Below are positions 49,508 through 62,269 of a DNA stretch of 64,000 nucleotides, one piece after another. Position numbers and translations under genes: made by a program. The DNA lies in contig JAHLWZ010000791.1 of assembly GCA_020536535.1 (NCBI GenBank), forward strand, positions 124,001 to 188,000, written 5' to 3'. Origin of the DNA: Pelomyxa schiedti. Lineage: Eukaryota > Protista > Evosea. The notes under the pieces were generated by a model. The model did not search any database, was not told the origin of the DNA, and saw only the letters and a program-made list of their open reading frames with translations. Within the stretch, counting starts at the first letter, position 1; each line of letters opens with the position of its first letter.

Positions 49508-51775
49508 TTATGCGCCGTATATTTTGAGGGTGCGGTCGCGAGAGGTGGAGGCCAGGAACCTCGCGTCGGGGCCGAATGCGACGTCGGTGACGGCGCCTGT
49601 GTGCTCCGTGAATTTGCCGACTTTGTCAAAGGTCTTTCCTTTCCTGAAGACACTGTTGTTTTTTTTTTGTTGTTGTTGTAATTGTAAAGTGAGATAGGAA
49701 TCGCAGATTGGAGTGGGTGTTATGTGAGGATTGGCCATACTCGATGGATGAGCTTCCGGCTGCTAAGTAGATACCGCTGTAGTCAAAGCGTACAGCATTC
49801 ACGGGTGCACCAATGTTGAATGTTTCAAAGTTGAGTTGCTGTACTGAGGTAAGACGAAGTTTGGCTACAGTTTTTGGAAAAACCTTACGAAGATCCCAAA
49901 GTTTCACTGTCTGGTCATCAGACCCTGAAGCTAGAGTATACCTTTTGAACGCTTCATAAGAACCTTTTTTTGTTGGGGTGACAAGATTACCCATTCTCTG
50001 AGAAGCACAAATCGAGTACTCTGCCAGTGTGTCCTTCAAAGCACGCAACTGGTTGCTGAGTATTCATATCCCAGATTCTAACAACCTTATTGGTGTAAAA
50101 CCGATAATTTGATGATGTGAATATTTAGTACTTTATCTTCCATTCCAGTTCCAATAAGTAGACCATCTGGATGAAACTGCACGCACATAAAGCTTGGTGT
50201 GCGTTACAACACACTAAAAGAAGTCACCACATACGATAAATTCATTGGAGGATTCTTGTTTTGTCCAAGGCAAGTTGTTGTTTCGACATCAAACATTCTC
50301 CAGGTATTATCCAAAGAGGCTGTAACAAAGAACTTGCCAGAACAATGCAAAGAACCGCCAACAATTTTTCCACTATGTCCCATAAGAAGTTTGGAGTTAT
50401 AAACGTGTGTATCTGATGGGGTTACTGGAGGCAAAAGGGAAGAAGGATACCTTCATCAACACAGGTCCACACTCTTGCAGTTTTATCATACGAAGTAGAA
50501 AAAATTACATTCTCCCTGGGGTGAAACGCAACCTTCGCCATACTAAGTAACAGTACATTCTGTAATCAAACGCACTTGGGAAACTTGCTTAGAGTGGCCT
50601 GAAAGGGTGGACAGGCATGTCTTTGACACATTGTCAAACAAAATTACATCGGCATCAACGCCACCAGTCACAATCAGATTTGGCAATGTCGGGTGAACAT
50701 CCACACAAGTTATTCCTGGTTGACTGGCTTTGTGCGTTGGATGACTTCCTAGCAGTCCAAAGCGAGACACTAACATTGCTGGAGCAAGAGACTCGGAAAC
50801 GCGGCGCTTCTTGCGTTGCTGTGAGATCCTTTTTCATGAATTGGTCTTGTGGTTGAATTGATAAGAAACACACTCCACAGATTTTTCTTTGATCAACTTC
50901 TTTACTTCGTCTGGTAGTGTTTTAGGTTCACCTTGTTGAGCCGCTGCTGCTACCTTGGCTTTAATTTTCGCCTACCAGTGTTAAAAAAAAAAGGAGAATT
51001 ACATCCTGTTTACTTTTCGTTTTTGAGCCTGAATTTCTTCCAGTTTTCTACCACAATCGTTGGTTTTGTCAACACACATATGCAAGTGAAAACCTGAGTG
51101 TTGAATCCCTCTCTTGGGTTAATTCTGCTATGAGCTTGCATGATGCATCATGCATTGAGAGATACTCAGCAGTCTCCGAGATAACTTGATTGAGAGTGGT
51201 ACGCAGAGTTGCACACTCGAGGGTAATAGCATCCCATTCCGTCTGAAAGTTGGATAGCAGTCCTGGAATGTTGACTGCTGTTGATGACCGAGGCTTCACA
51301 ATAGCACAGGCTAGTGGGCTTGTAAAATTATTGAAAACCTTCCCAGCGAAACTAACTTTGTAAAGTTATTAAGTCGGTCTTCTCCAACGGTTCATTAGTA
51401 ATAGGACACTTCCCATGAACGTCAATATACCTTAACAGAAGGATTTATTTTTTTTTGCATAGGATTGAATAAAGGAGTACCTTTCTATGTAGGCACGTTC
51501 GAACATGTGACCGCTCTTCCTGGAAACTACGACATCAGTAACTGCACCGGAGGGCTTTTCCAGCAATTGTTGCTGCTGCTGTGCACTAGTAGCAACCTGC
51601 ACCACAGTCGACGGTGTGAAATTGGTCCCCGATGTCGCACTCGCTAAAGGGGGGGAAAAAAACGACAAAAACGAGAGTCAGAAGAAAAACGCGATAGGAA
51701 ACACGGTGGCTCGTAGATCCGCGTCGATATGTAGGATGTTGTTTGAAGCAACACTCGAATACCGGTGACTATCAT
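49508..51775 (-). CDS. PRPF19: Pre-mRNA-processing factor 19 (U-box, coiled coil, WD40); start approximate
   Basis: 'VVSRKSGHMFERAYIER|YIDVHGKCPITNEPL', 'KPRSSTAVNIPGLLSNFQTEWDA', 'HDASCKLIA', 'FHPDGLL', 'KLWDLRK', 'STSRDRTLKIYG'. Confidence 0.93.
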
Positions 51776-52164
51776 CAAACAGTTCCTTTGTTTTTGTTCT
51801 TCGTCGAATAGGGGGAAAAATCTCACAGAGATCCTGCACTCTCCTCATCCGAGAGACACCACCCGTTCGTGTTTCCCGCAGTCCAACTAAAGGTGACTTC
51901 TAAGGTGACTAGGTACTGGGCAGACTCTCATATTGATCAAAATGTCCGCTTCACCGCAGTGGTTGGCCGTCCAAGCGAAAGTATTGTACGACCCCTTTGC
52001 AGTAATGACATCCCACAATACTAACCACCAAAAAGTGTGAGGTGGTGCAATGGAGTGCTGGAAACTAGAGGCCACTCAATTACAGAGCTCCGTGACTTAT
52101 TCCATGTAGTATTATTGGCATTGCCCTGCCAATTCATAACCTCATTCTCTTCCCTCTAATGTAA

Positions 52165-54417
52165 AAGAATTTGGACAATGTGGTTTCTTTGGTTGAGACA
52201 CTGAGTGGGGAAGCATTCAAATCCGAGTATAGTGCCTCGTCCCAGACGCGCATAAAAAAGGTGTGCCTTAGTGCCTTTTCCTTATTTGTGTATACCTGCC
52301 TTATTACCACAGATAGCATTTCTTGCAGCATTTCTCAAATGGTGTTTTGGCTCTGTTGGCGTGACAATGAAGCTGAAGCCCAGTCCAGAGGAGTTATTAG
52401 ATGGTTCTAATGTAAGAAGCAGAGATAACTTTATGCAATTGACCTATGATCCTTCCTTTTACAGACACAGATACACTCCTTTATATTCTGTCTTTTCAGG
52501 CACTTCACTAAGATTGCAGGCTCTCATGATGCCATGGGCGAACTCCTCCAATGGGCCTCAAAAACAGTGACCTAACTCTGCCTTAATATGGTTAACCTCA
52601 CCCAACTTAGTCAGGCTTATCTTTGACATCATTTCAAAAAAACCCCACTTCTCCTTTCCACAATGGAATGGCTTTTTGCCAAATTATGGTGCAACCCCCA
52701 CCCAACCTCCACCTTCTTTCATTGTTGTAACAAACATAGTTCAATTTGTTCCCCGATATCCCCCACTATTCTCTGAGACAAGACGACTACCTTGGAAATA
52801 TTGAACTTGCACAGGAGTTAGCTCAAATTCACTTGAATATTCCGCGTTATCTAAGTGCTCAGGAAATTAATGCCATGGATGGTAGTCCTCAAGTATTATT
52901 AAACTCAATAACCTGAACATAAGAAAACAGCATGATGGTTTATGTTAGTGAGTATGTACTGCATTTGTTCCTTACTTCAAAGGTTACTGATAAAAATAAG
53001 ATTTTACTTCGCACATCAAAAGAAACAACAGTGGGTTAAACTTCTATCCCCCACAACCAAATCGGCTTCACGCAGTGAAATCACAATCCCAGTAACCGAG
53101 TCCGCATTGGCCACCGTAGCTGTACTGGACTGGTTTGTACAAGCAGAGGTAGAGCAACGAGTTCTTCAGGTCCTCTCAATATCTAAATCAAAGTTGTAGT
53201 AATTATTTTAGGGAACTGCCACTGCGTGTTGTTATACGCTAACACCCGAAAGTGACATCCCAAATAGTATCTCTGATGCTGTGGCGGTGATAAGATTCAG
53301 ACAGGTTAGAGTTTTTCCTCCTGTGTTATCCTTATGATGCAACTCAGCCCCAAATTACTGCTGCACACTTCGAAAAAATGACTTCCGCCAAAGTTTTCAT
53401 TTGTGCCTCTGTAGGGTATGATAGAGTGGACCTAGAAGCAGCTGGAAAAGTATTCCCCACGGAGCCAATATTATAGCCTGTTAATCATCCTCCAAGCTTG
53501 GAATACGAGTGGTTCACATTCCAGATTACTGCACTGAAGAAGTGGCCGACTCTGCTCTCTGTCTGATACTCTTGATGCTGAGGCAAACTATGTATTTTTC
53601 GAAATGTGTTGAGCGCGGTGAATGGCCTTTCTTGGTACATACAGCTGAGCTTCCTGCCTCCAGAGTTAGAGGGAAAAATCTTGGAATTATTGGTGAGAAT
53701 TTCTTCCTTTTTTTTTTTTTTTTTTTTTTGTAACTGGATACCAGGTCTTGGAAGAATTGGCACTGCCCTTGCTCTGCGTGCTAAAGTTGTGGGAATGAAT
53801 GTTACCTTTTTCGATCCGTTCTTGAAGGTATTTTCCCGTCGGTTTTGTATTATTCTCAACTTATACACAACAATCCTAACAACAAAAAGGACGGTGTAGA
53901 GAAGTCCATTGGAATAGAACGTGTGAATTCCCTTGAGGAGCTCATAGCCTCTGCCGATGTGATTTCCTTGAACTGCAATCTCACCAGTATGCTTCCCACA
54001 ATCCCGCCCCACCCGTTTCTCATCACCACCCAAAAAAAAAAAAAAAACAAAAAAAAAAAAGGTGAGAACGTGCACCTGATAAACTCGGCGGCACTTCAAC
54101 ACGCCAAGCGAGGCTCGTTCCTCGTCAACACAGCCCGCGGCCCTCTCGTTGAAGAACGAGCACTCCTCGATGCCCTGTCGTCCGGGCTTCTTCGCGGAGC
54201 AGCCCTCGATGTTCTGGAGAAGGAGCCGTGCACAGATAGGAGATATTCAAACATTCCCAACCTCATTGTGACACCTCACAGTGCTCACTTTAGCCAGGAG
54301 TCTGCGTTGGAGAGAAGAACTAAAGCAGCACAAGTAGCAAAGGACGTTATACTCCATGGGGCTTCTGCCTTGAGAAATGTGGTGAACGAAAAGTTTTTGG
54401 TAAACCCCAGAAATTAA
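52165..54417 (+). CDS. CtBP-like D-isomer-specific 2-hydroxyacid dehydrogenase, probably with an unassigned N-terminal extension (5' end uncertain)
   Basis: 'TVAVLDW', 'SVGYDRVDLEAAG', 'IPDYCTEEVADSAL', 'GII|GLGRIG', 'LVNTARGPLV', 'GAALDVLEKEP', 'VTPHSA'. Confidence 0.85.
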
Positions 54418-54497
54418 CAAAATAAACACAACATGTTTTCCTTTCTTGACCAAACATTTTTTTTTTTTTCGTTCCTATTAACAAAATTACAAAGGTG

Positions 54498-56600
54498 CTA
54501 GGATATAATTCGCAAGAGCAGGAGTGCAGTGGCATGTGGGTGCACGTTCCAGTTGAGTGTGTTGATAACAGTGCCTGTATACGTTCCACTGTTGCCACGC
54601 CATACATCAATTACTTCAGCGCCGAGAGGGATTGTGTGATTGACTGTGGTTCTGGTGAGGAATGCAAGTTGTTGTAGGTCCACATCAAAGCCGATCAAGT
54701 GTTCACCTAGGTTGAATAGAGCTAGGACTAGGGCCGGTTGTACTTGGGTTCTGGAATCCGTGCTGTTTGTATATGGTTGGCATGTGGCACACCAAACCAC
54801 GGAAGTGGGTGGGTCTTGCGGCCGCGGAGGAAGTCGTGTTTGATTGTAGCAGTGAGTATGAATGTAAAGAGCGGTACTGTTGGATAACATGCGGAGGGTG
54901 GAATGTTCTGGCTCTGTCTTAAGGGAAAGAAGCTCCCCACCAAAAAAGAGTGGGGATTTGGAGATTATCCACAGCGTCATTACTACTCTCTGGGTTTTTT
55001 ATTGTTGGGATAAGAGTGGAGAAAATGGTCAGAGACCTGTTCATCATGGGAAAGCTGTGTGTCACGTATATCGCCAACAGGTGGCCTGGGGCCAATTCTT
55101 CCGAGTGGTAGTATGTCTACAGGAGTTGGATGATTCATTAGATTGAATGGCACACCTGCATCTGCAAAGCCGTGGCCTTTGCCGGAATATGAAGACCATG
55201 CAGCACACAAAGTTAAGTGGTGCTTTACTTGGTCCCAGTCATCCCAAACCTTGAGAGAAGCTGTTACATTTGCCAAGATCCGTAAAAGTGGAGACATCGT
55301 GAGAAATCCGCCAGAAATCGGCATGTTTATGGAGGTGCTCTACATATCCGGATTCTGTAAAAAATGTTAAATGAGGGGAAATAGTAATGTTTTTATACCT
55401 GGGTTTAGAAGGCCGCTATCACCTGGGGATAAGGAGAGGAGAATCTTTCGTCCAGATTTTAATATCGCATGGTGAATAGCTTCAACTTCTTTCCACTGAT
55501 ATGGACGCTGCATATCTTTTATCATGGTGTTACTAAATCTCGTTGATAGCCCGTTTAGGCACCATCAGCTTTTAAGTAGTCAATCTTCCACTCTGAATAT
55601 AGTGCCAAAATTGAATTGTAGTACTCCTGGGCCCCAGGGGCTTGAGAGTTGATGCCGTACATATCAGTATTCCAGGGACACACACTTGTGGTATCTGCTA
55701 TATCTCCTGTTGCCGGATGAGGCCCAAATTAGGTGGGCAAGAACACACTTGCGTGATATTCCGTTCCCAAGATGGGTGCGTTTTTCAAAACAGCTTGTCT
55801 TGGTATACCTCTTTGAATATCTACGGAGTAGCACAGAAAAATGGAAATCAAGTTACTACGGAGATATCTCAAGGAATTTTCTCACGAATTCCAAAGAGTA
55901 AGCCCATGGAGTGCAACTGTTGTGCCATAGAAGAAAATCCATTCCCTTCCACTGAAGAAGGAAATCTTGATGAAGAAGGCACCAAACGGCCATTATCATC
56001 CATACACAAAATGGCATCCTCCCTACAGCCCCCACTTCTAATTCCATCATCAGCCCACTCCTGCCAATGTTTAATGTCTCGTTAATTCAAAAATATGTTG
56101 TATAAGCACCAGAACGCAATGAAACAAAATTGTTTATACCGCATCAAGAACTACATATTTCCAACCATGTTGCACCAGACTTGTCCCGTCATCACACAAA
56201 GGTACTGCACACAAATGAAATAACTTCCAAAAAGTCACAACAAACAAGTCAAAACGGTAGCATTCTGTATGAGCTCAAATTCAGTCACTGAGCACCCGTA
56301 GCAATTAAATGTATTCCACCCACGAACAACTTCCGACCCACAACCATTCATGCTTTTATTGAAAAAAAAACCGAAGAATTCTTTTTTGGCCAAAACCCAT
56401 TGGTGGGCATGTTTTAGCAAAGGCAGAGAGGAAGGAACCAGAACCTGTATTCCTTATTCGATATGAATGATTAACATTTGGAGACAATCTGCAAATAAAA
56501 GTCAAAACCTAGGAGGATCAAATAATGCAAATGATACCTGATCTGTCTGTGGGTTGACTGGACTGGTTGCATTGCCTCAGAATGCGCGCATCATTAATAT
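54498..56600 (-). CDS. Glycoside hydrolase family 27 alpha-galactosidase (start approximate)
   Basis: 'PPM..RGWNTFNCYG', 'YVVLD', 'DDNGRLVPSSSRFPSS..GNGF', 'IDYLKAD', 'LSLSPG', 'MPISG', 'WDDW', 'D|DILPLGRIG', 'TLWIISKSPLFFGG', 'LALFNL'. Confidence 0.9.
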
Positions 56601-58008
56601 GGGGGAACGAAAGGAGAAAGAGTGAGATTGTGCGGATTGTGCTACACTGGGAAGAACAGTTACCCTATTCACCCACTTGGTGCTTTTGTGTTGTGTGGTG
56701 TTGTGTGGTGTTGTGTTTCCTGTTGTTGGGGTTCGCTGGTGTGCTCTTTTTGCTTTGGTTGCTGGAAAATTCCGACTGTACTGGCAAATAGTGAGACTGA
56801 GAAATAAAAAAAGAAGCCACAAACCGGTGTACAAATGTGCCAGAAATGCAGAAAGTGTGATGCGCAATGGGGAACCTGCACTGTCAACATGCAGCATGCA
56901 GGAGGGTGAGAGGAGAAGATGGTTCGGAGCAAACGGGTCTATCAGGGATGAGTCACATTGTGTGGTTGTCTGTTGGTTCCTGCTATTAGTGAGTGGTGAT
57001 TATAAAAAAAAGAGGGAGAGGAATACCTTGTCTTCGGCATGAGGGCGTGAGCATGTGTGCAAAGGGGCATACGTCGCCAGAGACAGACTCTTCAGTGCCT
57101 GGTTATAATGTCAACATGTTACTTTGGCCAGGAGATACAGGATTGGGTGATACTGAGGCAGGCCAAAAAGAAAAAAAAAAAAAAAAAGATGTTGGTGCAT
57201 GACTACTGTGCTTGTTGTGTGTACGGTGACAGCTGTGTGTTATGTTGCGATGGTGGAGAAACGCAACGAAGAGTAGATCACACTTGTGGTTGTTGTTATG
57301 TAAGCATCTGCTGTTCGATCCGCATCTTCTGCAGAGGGACTCAATTTAGGTAACGCGCTCCCGCCACAAACACAAGCCATCATCAAAATGGTTTTTTCCT
57401 GCTTCGTTCATAAAGGCCGATCCGGCCACTGTTCCTTCAACTTTTTAACTCGGCACCTTGAACTCTCGAACAACGTTTTCGCAACGCGGCGTAATTGTTG
57501 CCTTGATGGACATGCACAGGGATTCCACCCAAAGGGGTGTCTTCCTGCAAATGTCTCTGCGTGTCATCTTCAGAATACATCTTGATGGCCCAATACGAGA
57601 ATTCGGTATTTCGCTTCCACTTTGATGGCTCGGCTACCTTCGTCACGATCGAATTCATCAAAACAGGAAAGCGCTGTTGTACCCGAAACCTATCTCTCAA
57701 CACCAGCCCCACCACAGACAACACAAAACAAAGAAGAGCCAAAACACAAAAGGGAGGCCGTGGTGTCAACAGCAAACTTTTTCAGCTTATTGGTGTGAAG
57801 GGGGTGAACCTTCACCTACACGTTACGTGTACGTGAGTGTACGACAATCGACACCCAGACAGCCAGCAATTCCTTTTTTTTTTATTTTGACTTCGTGCGT
57901 CTTCGTAATTGGGACACTGGAGCCTGCCAAATTGACGTCCGGGGTGTTTTCTTTTCTGGCACTGCTGAGATTCCAGCCCTAATTTCGTATCCTGATCTGC
58001 CGATTGCA

Positions 58009-61000
58009 ATGTCAATTTCAATGCCAACGACAAAGACAATGACAATTGCACGTCGGAGTGGCGGCCGACAAATTTTGGGACTCATGACTGGAACATTTCT
58101 ATGTTTCTGGTGTTGCCTGGCCTGTGTGATGAAAGCAAGTGCCTCAAATGGGGTTGCAACTAACTATCTTGCTTATGCTTCAGTCTCCTGGGTAATTTTC
58201 CAATATTGGGAGTGAGTGTTCCTCTCAACTGACCTATTTTGGCATATGAACAGAGTGGGGGCGCTGCTTGCAGTTCTTGTAGCAGTGGTAATTATACTTC
58301 TAGCTTTGCTTGCAGCTCTTCTGTGAAGTGTGTAATATCTTCTTTTTTCTGTTTGATGTTGTGCACTTATCTACTTCCCAGAGGGTGGAATGAGGGTGTC
58401 AAGTTCTTCATGGATCCAACTCCCATAGGTTCCAAGATAACAAAAGTCACCCTACATGTATATGGTACATATGGCTGTGACGTGGATGACACCACCCCTG
58501 CCAAGGTTTCATCTCCTCACCTCCTTGAGTTGTGACAAAAAAAAAAAAGATCAATATTGAGTTACAACAGTATCAAGTGAGTACACTCATTCTCCCTGTC
58601 ACATCGTGCACTTGTGGGAATTGTGTGACTATGGCATGCCACAGTTTTTAGCCAATTTCAATCTCCTCACAATAAACCACAGGTACAACTAGAGCGGAGT
58701 ACGCCAAATGGGTGGCCTGCCTATAATAGCAGTGGATTAAATGAGTTGCAGGTCTCCTGATTAATTGTGTACCTCTTCATAAACAGTCTTTACAGGTGAT
58801 TCTGTACAGCAATGAAATATGTCTGAGCTACATCGATGTAATACTTCAGTATTCCTTCAGTCCGACAATGGTTACGAACTTGGAACCCAACTGCGGGCCT
58901 TCAATTGGTTCAACTATTGTACAAGTACTTGGAGCCTCCTTTGTAGATTTTACTCCTCTGTGTCACTTTGGCAATGTGACAGGTAATCACTAACTCGCAC
59001 CACTGAATCTTACATCGTTTTGCAGCACCGGCCGAGTATATATCTTCTACAGAACTGCAATGCCTTTCACCTCCACATTCTGCGGCTGATGTCAACTTTA
59101 CTGTTAGTTATCCAAAAGCTGTCAACCGCAGTGAAGTGGTTTGTCTTTTTTTCATGTTATATCAATTAAATCCCTGCAGCATGGCTCTGCTATCTTTCGA
59201 TTCTACCGTTGTGTGATATATTTGCATTGCCAATTATTAACATCTTTCCATCCAACAGAAGATGTCAAATTGACGAAAGTGATACCAGACACTGACCACA
59301 TTACGGGAGGAACAAATTTAACACTATATGGAGAGAATATTATCAACACTGAACCTCTGATTCGCTGCAAATTTGCATCACAAAATTACACCGTTCTCGT
59401 TGTTGGATCGTATGCTTGTGCATATTATTCTTCCGCCTCTGATAATCAGGCAGTTTCAACCTTGAAGGGGAAGTTGTGTGCACTAGTCCCCAGTGGAACG
59501 ACGAAGAAATTACAAATTTATCACTTAGCCTTAATGCACAACAATTTTCTCTCCCTCTGCAATTTACATATGATTCCGGTCTGTCACTGCCACAATCTTC
59601 TTTTGCTCATTCCTTTTAGAACCATCCAAGGGGAAACTAGTGTGGCTTGTCCTTGGATTCTCGTGTCTTGCATTATTCTGCATAATCTTCCTCTCATTTC
59701 TATTATACCGACGGAGAGTTAAAAAAGCACGCCATGATAAATTGAGTAAGTAGCTGTGCAAGCTTTCCGATTCTTATTTTCATGTGCGCCTTTCTAGCCG
59801 CAAATGAAGAGCTCGATTTAAAAGATATTCAGCTTGGAAATGTGATTGGCACAGGGACTTTTGGTCATGTATTTAATAACAATCTTGTGGAGGGAAATAG
59901 CTGAACGAACCAAAAAGGTTTATAAAGCAAAGTGGAAAGGAGTTACCGTGGCCATAAAAAAGTTACCATCCCACTGTTTGAGCCACGAATTTATGAGAGA
60001 GTTCAGAAAAGAAGTCTCCATAATGAGGTTGAATGTTAACAGAGTTTACACAAAAAGTAACAGCACAATACAGAGCATTAACGCACCCAAACGTCCTGCA
60101 ATTCTTTGGGTGTTGTATGGATCCCCCTGACATATGCCTGGCAATGGAGTTTATGTGCAGAGGAAGTTTATTCAGTATTCTACACAATCCACAACTTCCT
60201 ATGAACCTGTGAGACTCCCTCTGAAAAAATGTAGTCAATTCATTTATCCCCAGGAGCTTGGCATTGCGCCTTCTTGTTGATGCTGCCAAGGGATGCCTCT
60301 ACTTACATAGCTGTACACCAGCAATAATTCATAGGGTAAGACCGTGAAAGCGTTTCATGGATGATAGAAAAATATCCCACAGGATCTAAAGAGTCATAAT
60401 TTATTGGTGGATGAGCACTGGAAAGTTAAAGTGTGTGATTTTGGCTTGAGTGCAATCATAGCCAACGCTTCTCAAACACTGACTGCTTGTGGAACTCCAA
60501 GCTGGGTAAGGGTTTAAATTTCTATCAAAATTCACACATCACAGACTGCTCCGGAAGTGCTACGCCGCATGCATTATACTGTTAAAGTTGATGTATATAG
60601 GTCTGTTCTTAATACGGATTTACACCAGTTCATATTTTTTTGTTTAGTTTTGGAATTGTAATGTTTGAGTGTGTAACACGCCAAGACCCATATGATGGTA
60701 TGACACCATACACGGTCATATTTGGTGTAGCAAATGAAGGACTGAGGCCAACTCTACCCACTGAGGTACCCGCACCTTATGCAAAGCTGACTCGTGAATG
60801 CTGGGCTGAAGACCCAGACATGCGGTTTGTACTTCCTTTGATCAGACAATTCCAACAGCCAAGCATAAACAAAAATAGACCCGACTTCTCAGTCATTCTT
60901 CATAACTTGGAGAGATTGAAGTCTCTGTGCCACAACACACCCCCAGTTTGCAGAGCACACCAAGAACTGCACCCGCTCAATTCCCCAATTGCACCCTCAA

Positions 61001-61161
61001 TATCTACCACAGCCGGCCTGGAAAACTTCACCTTTGCAAGAAAAGTGACCACCACAGGCCGTGCTGTTTTGGATGTTACCGAGAGCTCAGACATTGACGT
61101 AAATGATGACAGCAGCTCAACTCAGGAAGGACCTGAGATGGACTCCATACTCCTGCACTAG
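58009..61161 (+). CDS. Receptor-like TKL protein kinase: signal peptide, Cys-containing N-domain, two IPT/TIG domains, TM, kinase
   Basis: TIG 'VTNLEPNCGPSIGSTIVQVLGASF...CHFG' and 'VIPDTDHITGGTNLTLYGEN'; TM 'LVWLVLGFSCLALFCIIFLSFLLY'; kinase 'GTGTFG', 'VAIK', 'HR|DLKSHN', 'DFGLS', 'CGTPSW|TAPE', 'DVYS|FG'. Confidence 0.92.
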
Positions 61162-61556
61162 GGGCGAGACTCCCTATTTATTTGTAAAACGCGAATGTGA
61201 TTCCCTATAAATACCAGAGAAAACGTGTTTGAATTGTTGATTGTCTAAGCAACGAAATGTTAGGTTACCGTCACCTTCATCGGGAACTGAGAAACCGATG
61301 GATGGATCGAAGTTTCCATCCAGAGTGGAAGCTTCCATCGAAAGATAGAAGATGGCTGTCAAACCGCCCATTTAAGCGGACGCGTCTTTACAATACAATT
61401 CTCAAAATTAAACAAAGTCAGTAACAAACAAACCAACGACACGATACCAACAAACCAACACCACAAATGATGATGATTCAACGACTTATTGACGTCCTTG
61501 ACGGAAAGAGCTCCCGCTATTTTTCCGTTCCGCGGACAGATGGGCAACAGAAAGAC

Positions 61557-62024
61557 ATGTCCAAAAGACGTTCTTGTACTTGTATACAGAACGGAACCAC
61601 TAGTCACCTCGGAAAAAGGGTATTTTTTCCTCTTTGCTTTTTACCCATTGTATTCACAGTTTTCTTCCAGGTGTTTTACAATCGACATGGATGGGTCTGT
61701 TCCAAGTGCTACCACTCCTGGGAACCCAGAACAACCCAGACAATCGAATTACCCATGCCAGTGAAAATCGAGGAGAACCAGGACAGACTGGGCCACTGCG
61801 GCAAACGAGTTTTCTACAGCCGACACGGGTGGGTCTGCTCCAAATGCTACCGGCTGTGGGACTCGCAGCCCTGTTCTGTTGGCGACCCAATTAAGCCTGA
61901 CCAGACCGATGAGGACACACAATCACGAAAACATACCGGCAAGAGAACTTACTACCACCGGCATGGATGGGTTTGTTCCCACTGCCACAAACCGTGGGAG
62001 ACGCAGATGTGCTCCAGAAGTTGA
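61557..62024 (+). CDS. Small protein with three H-x-GKR-x-[FY]Y-x-RHGWVCS-x-C repeats (putative zinc modules)
   Basis: Three near-identical repeats; removing the 51-nt intron 61620-61670 restores repeat 1. Confidence 0.8.
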   Translation: MSKRRSCTCIQNGTTSHLGKRVFFPLCFLPIVFTVFFQVFYNRHGWVCSKCYHSWEPRTTQTIELPMPVKIEENQDRLGHCGKRVFYSRHGWVCSKCYRLWDSQPCSVGDPIKPDQTDEDTQSRKHTGKRTYYHRHGWVCSHCHKPWETQMCSRS

Positions 62025-62269
62025 GAGAAAGCCGGAACGGCCTCTTCCTCAAAGAACCCTTACAAACTGTAGGGTGTATTTTGTGTTACACTAAAAAATG
62101 TATTTTTTTTTTCCTCCAATCTTGCGAACTGAAAGACAGTTATTCCAAACAGAGATACAACGGGCCATACAAAAAAATCGTTTTGGTCACCCCCTGGTGG
62201 AGGAGATCTTCTTCTCCAAAAAATGAAGAAAATACTACAGTGAGGGTGCGAAGTAAAACGGAGTTCTGT

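Noticed and set aside
56850-57800. Minus-strand ORF fragments (e.g. 57437-57775)
   Set aside because: Stops in all frames and no recognisable domain; may be a relic but is unsupported.
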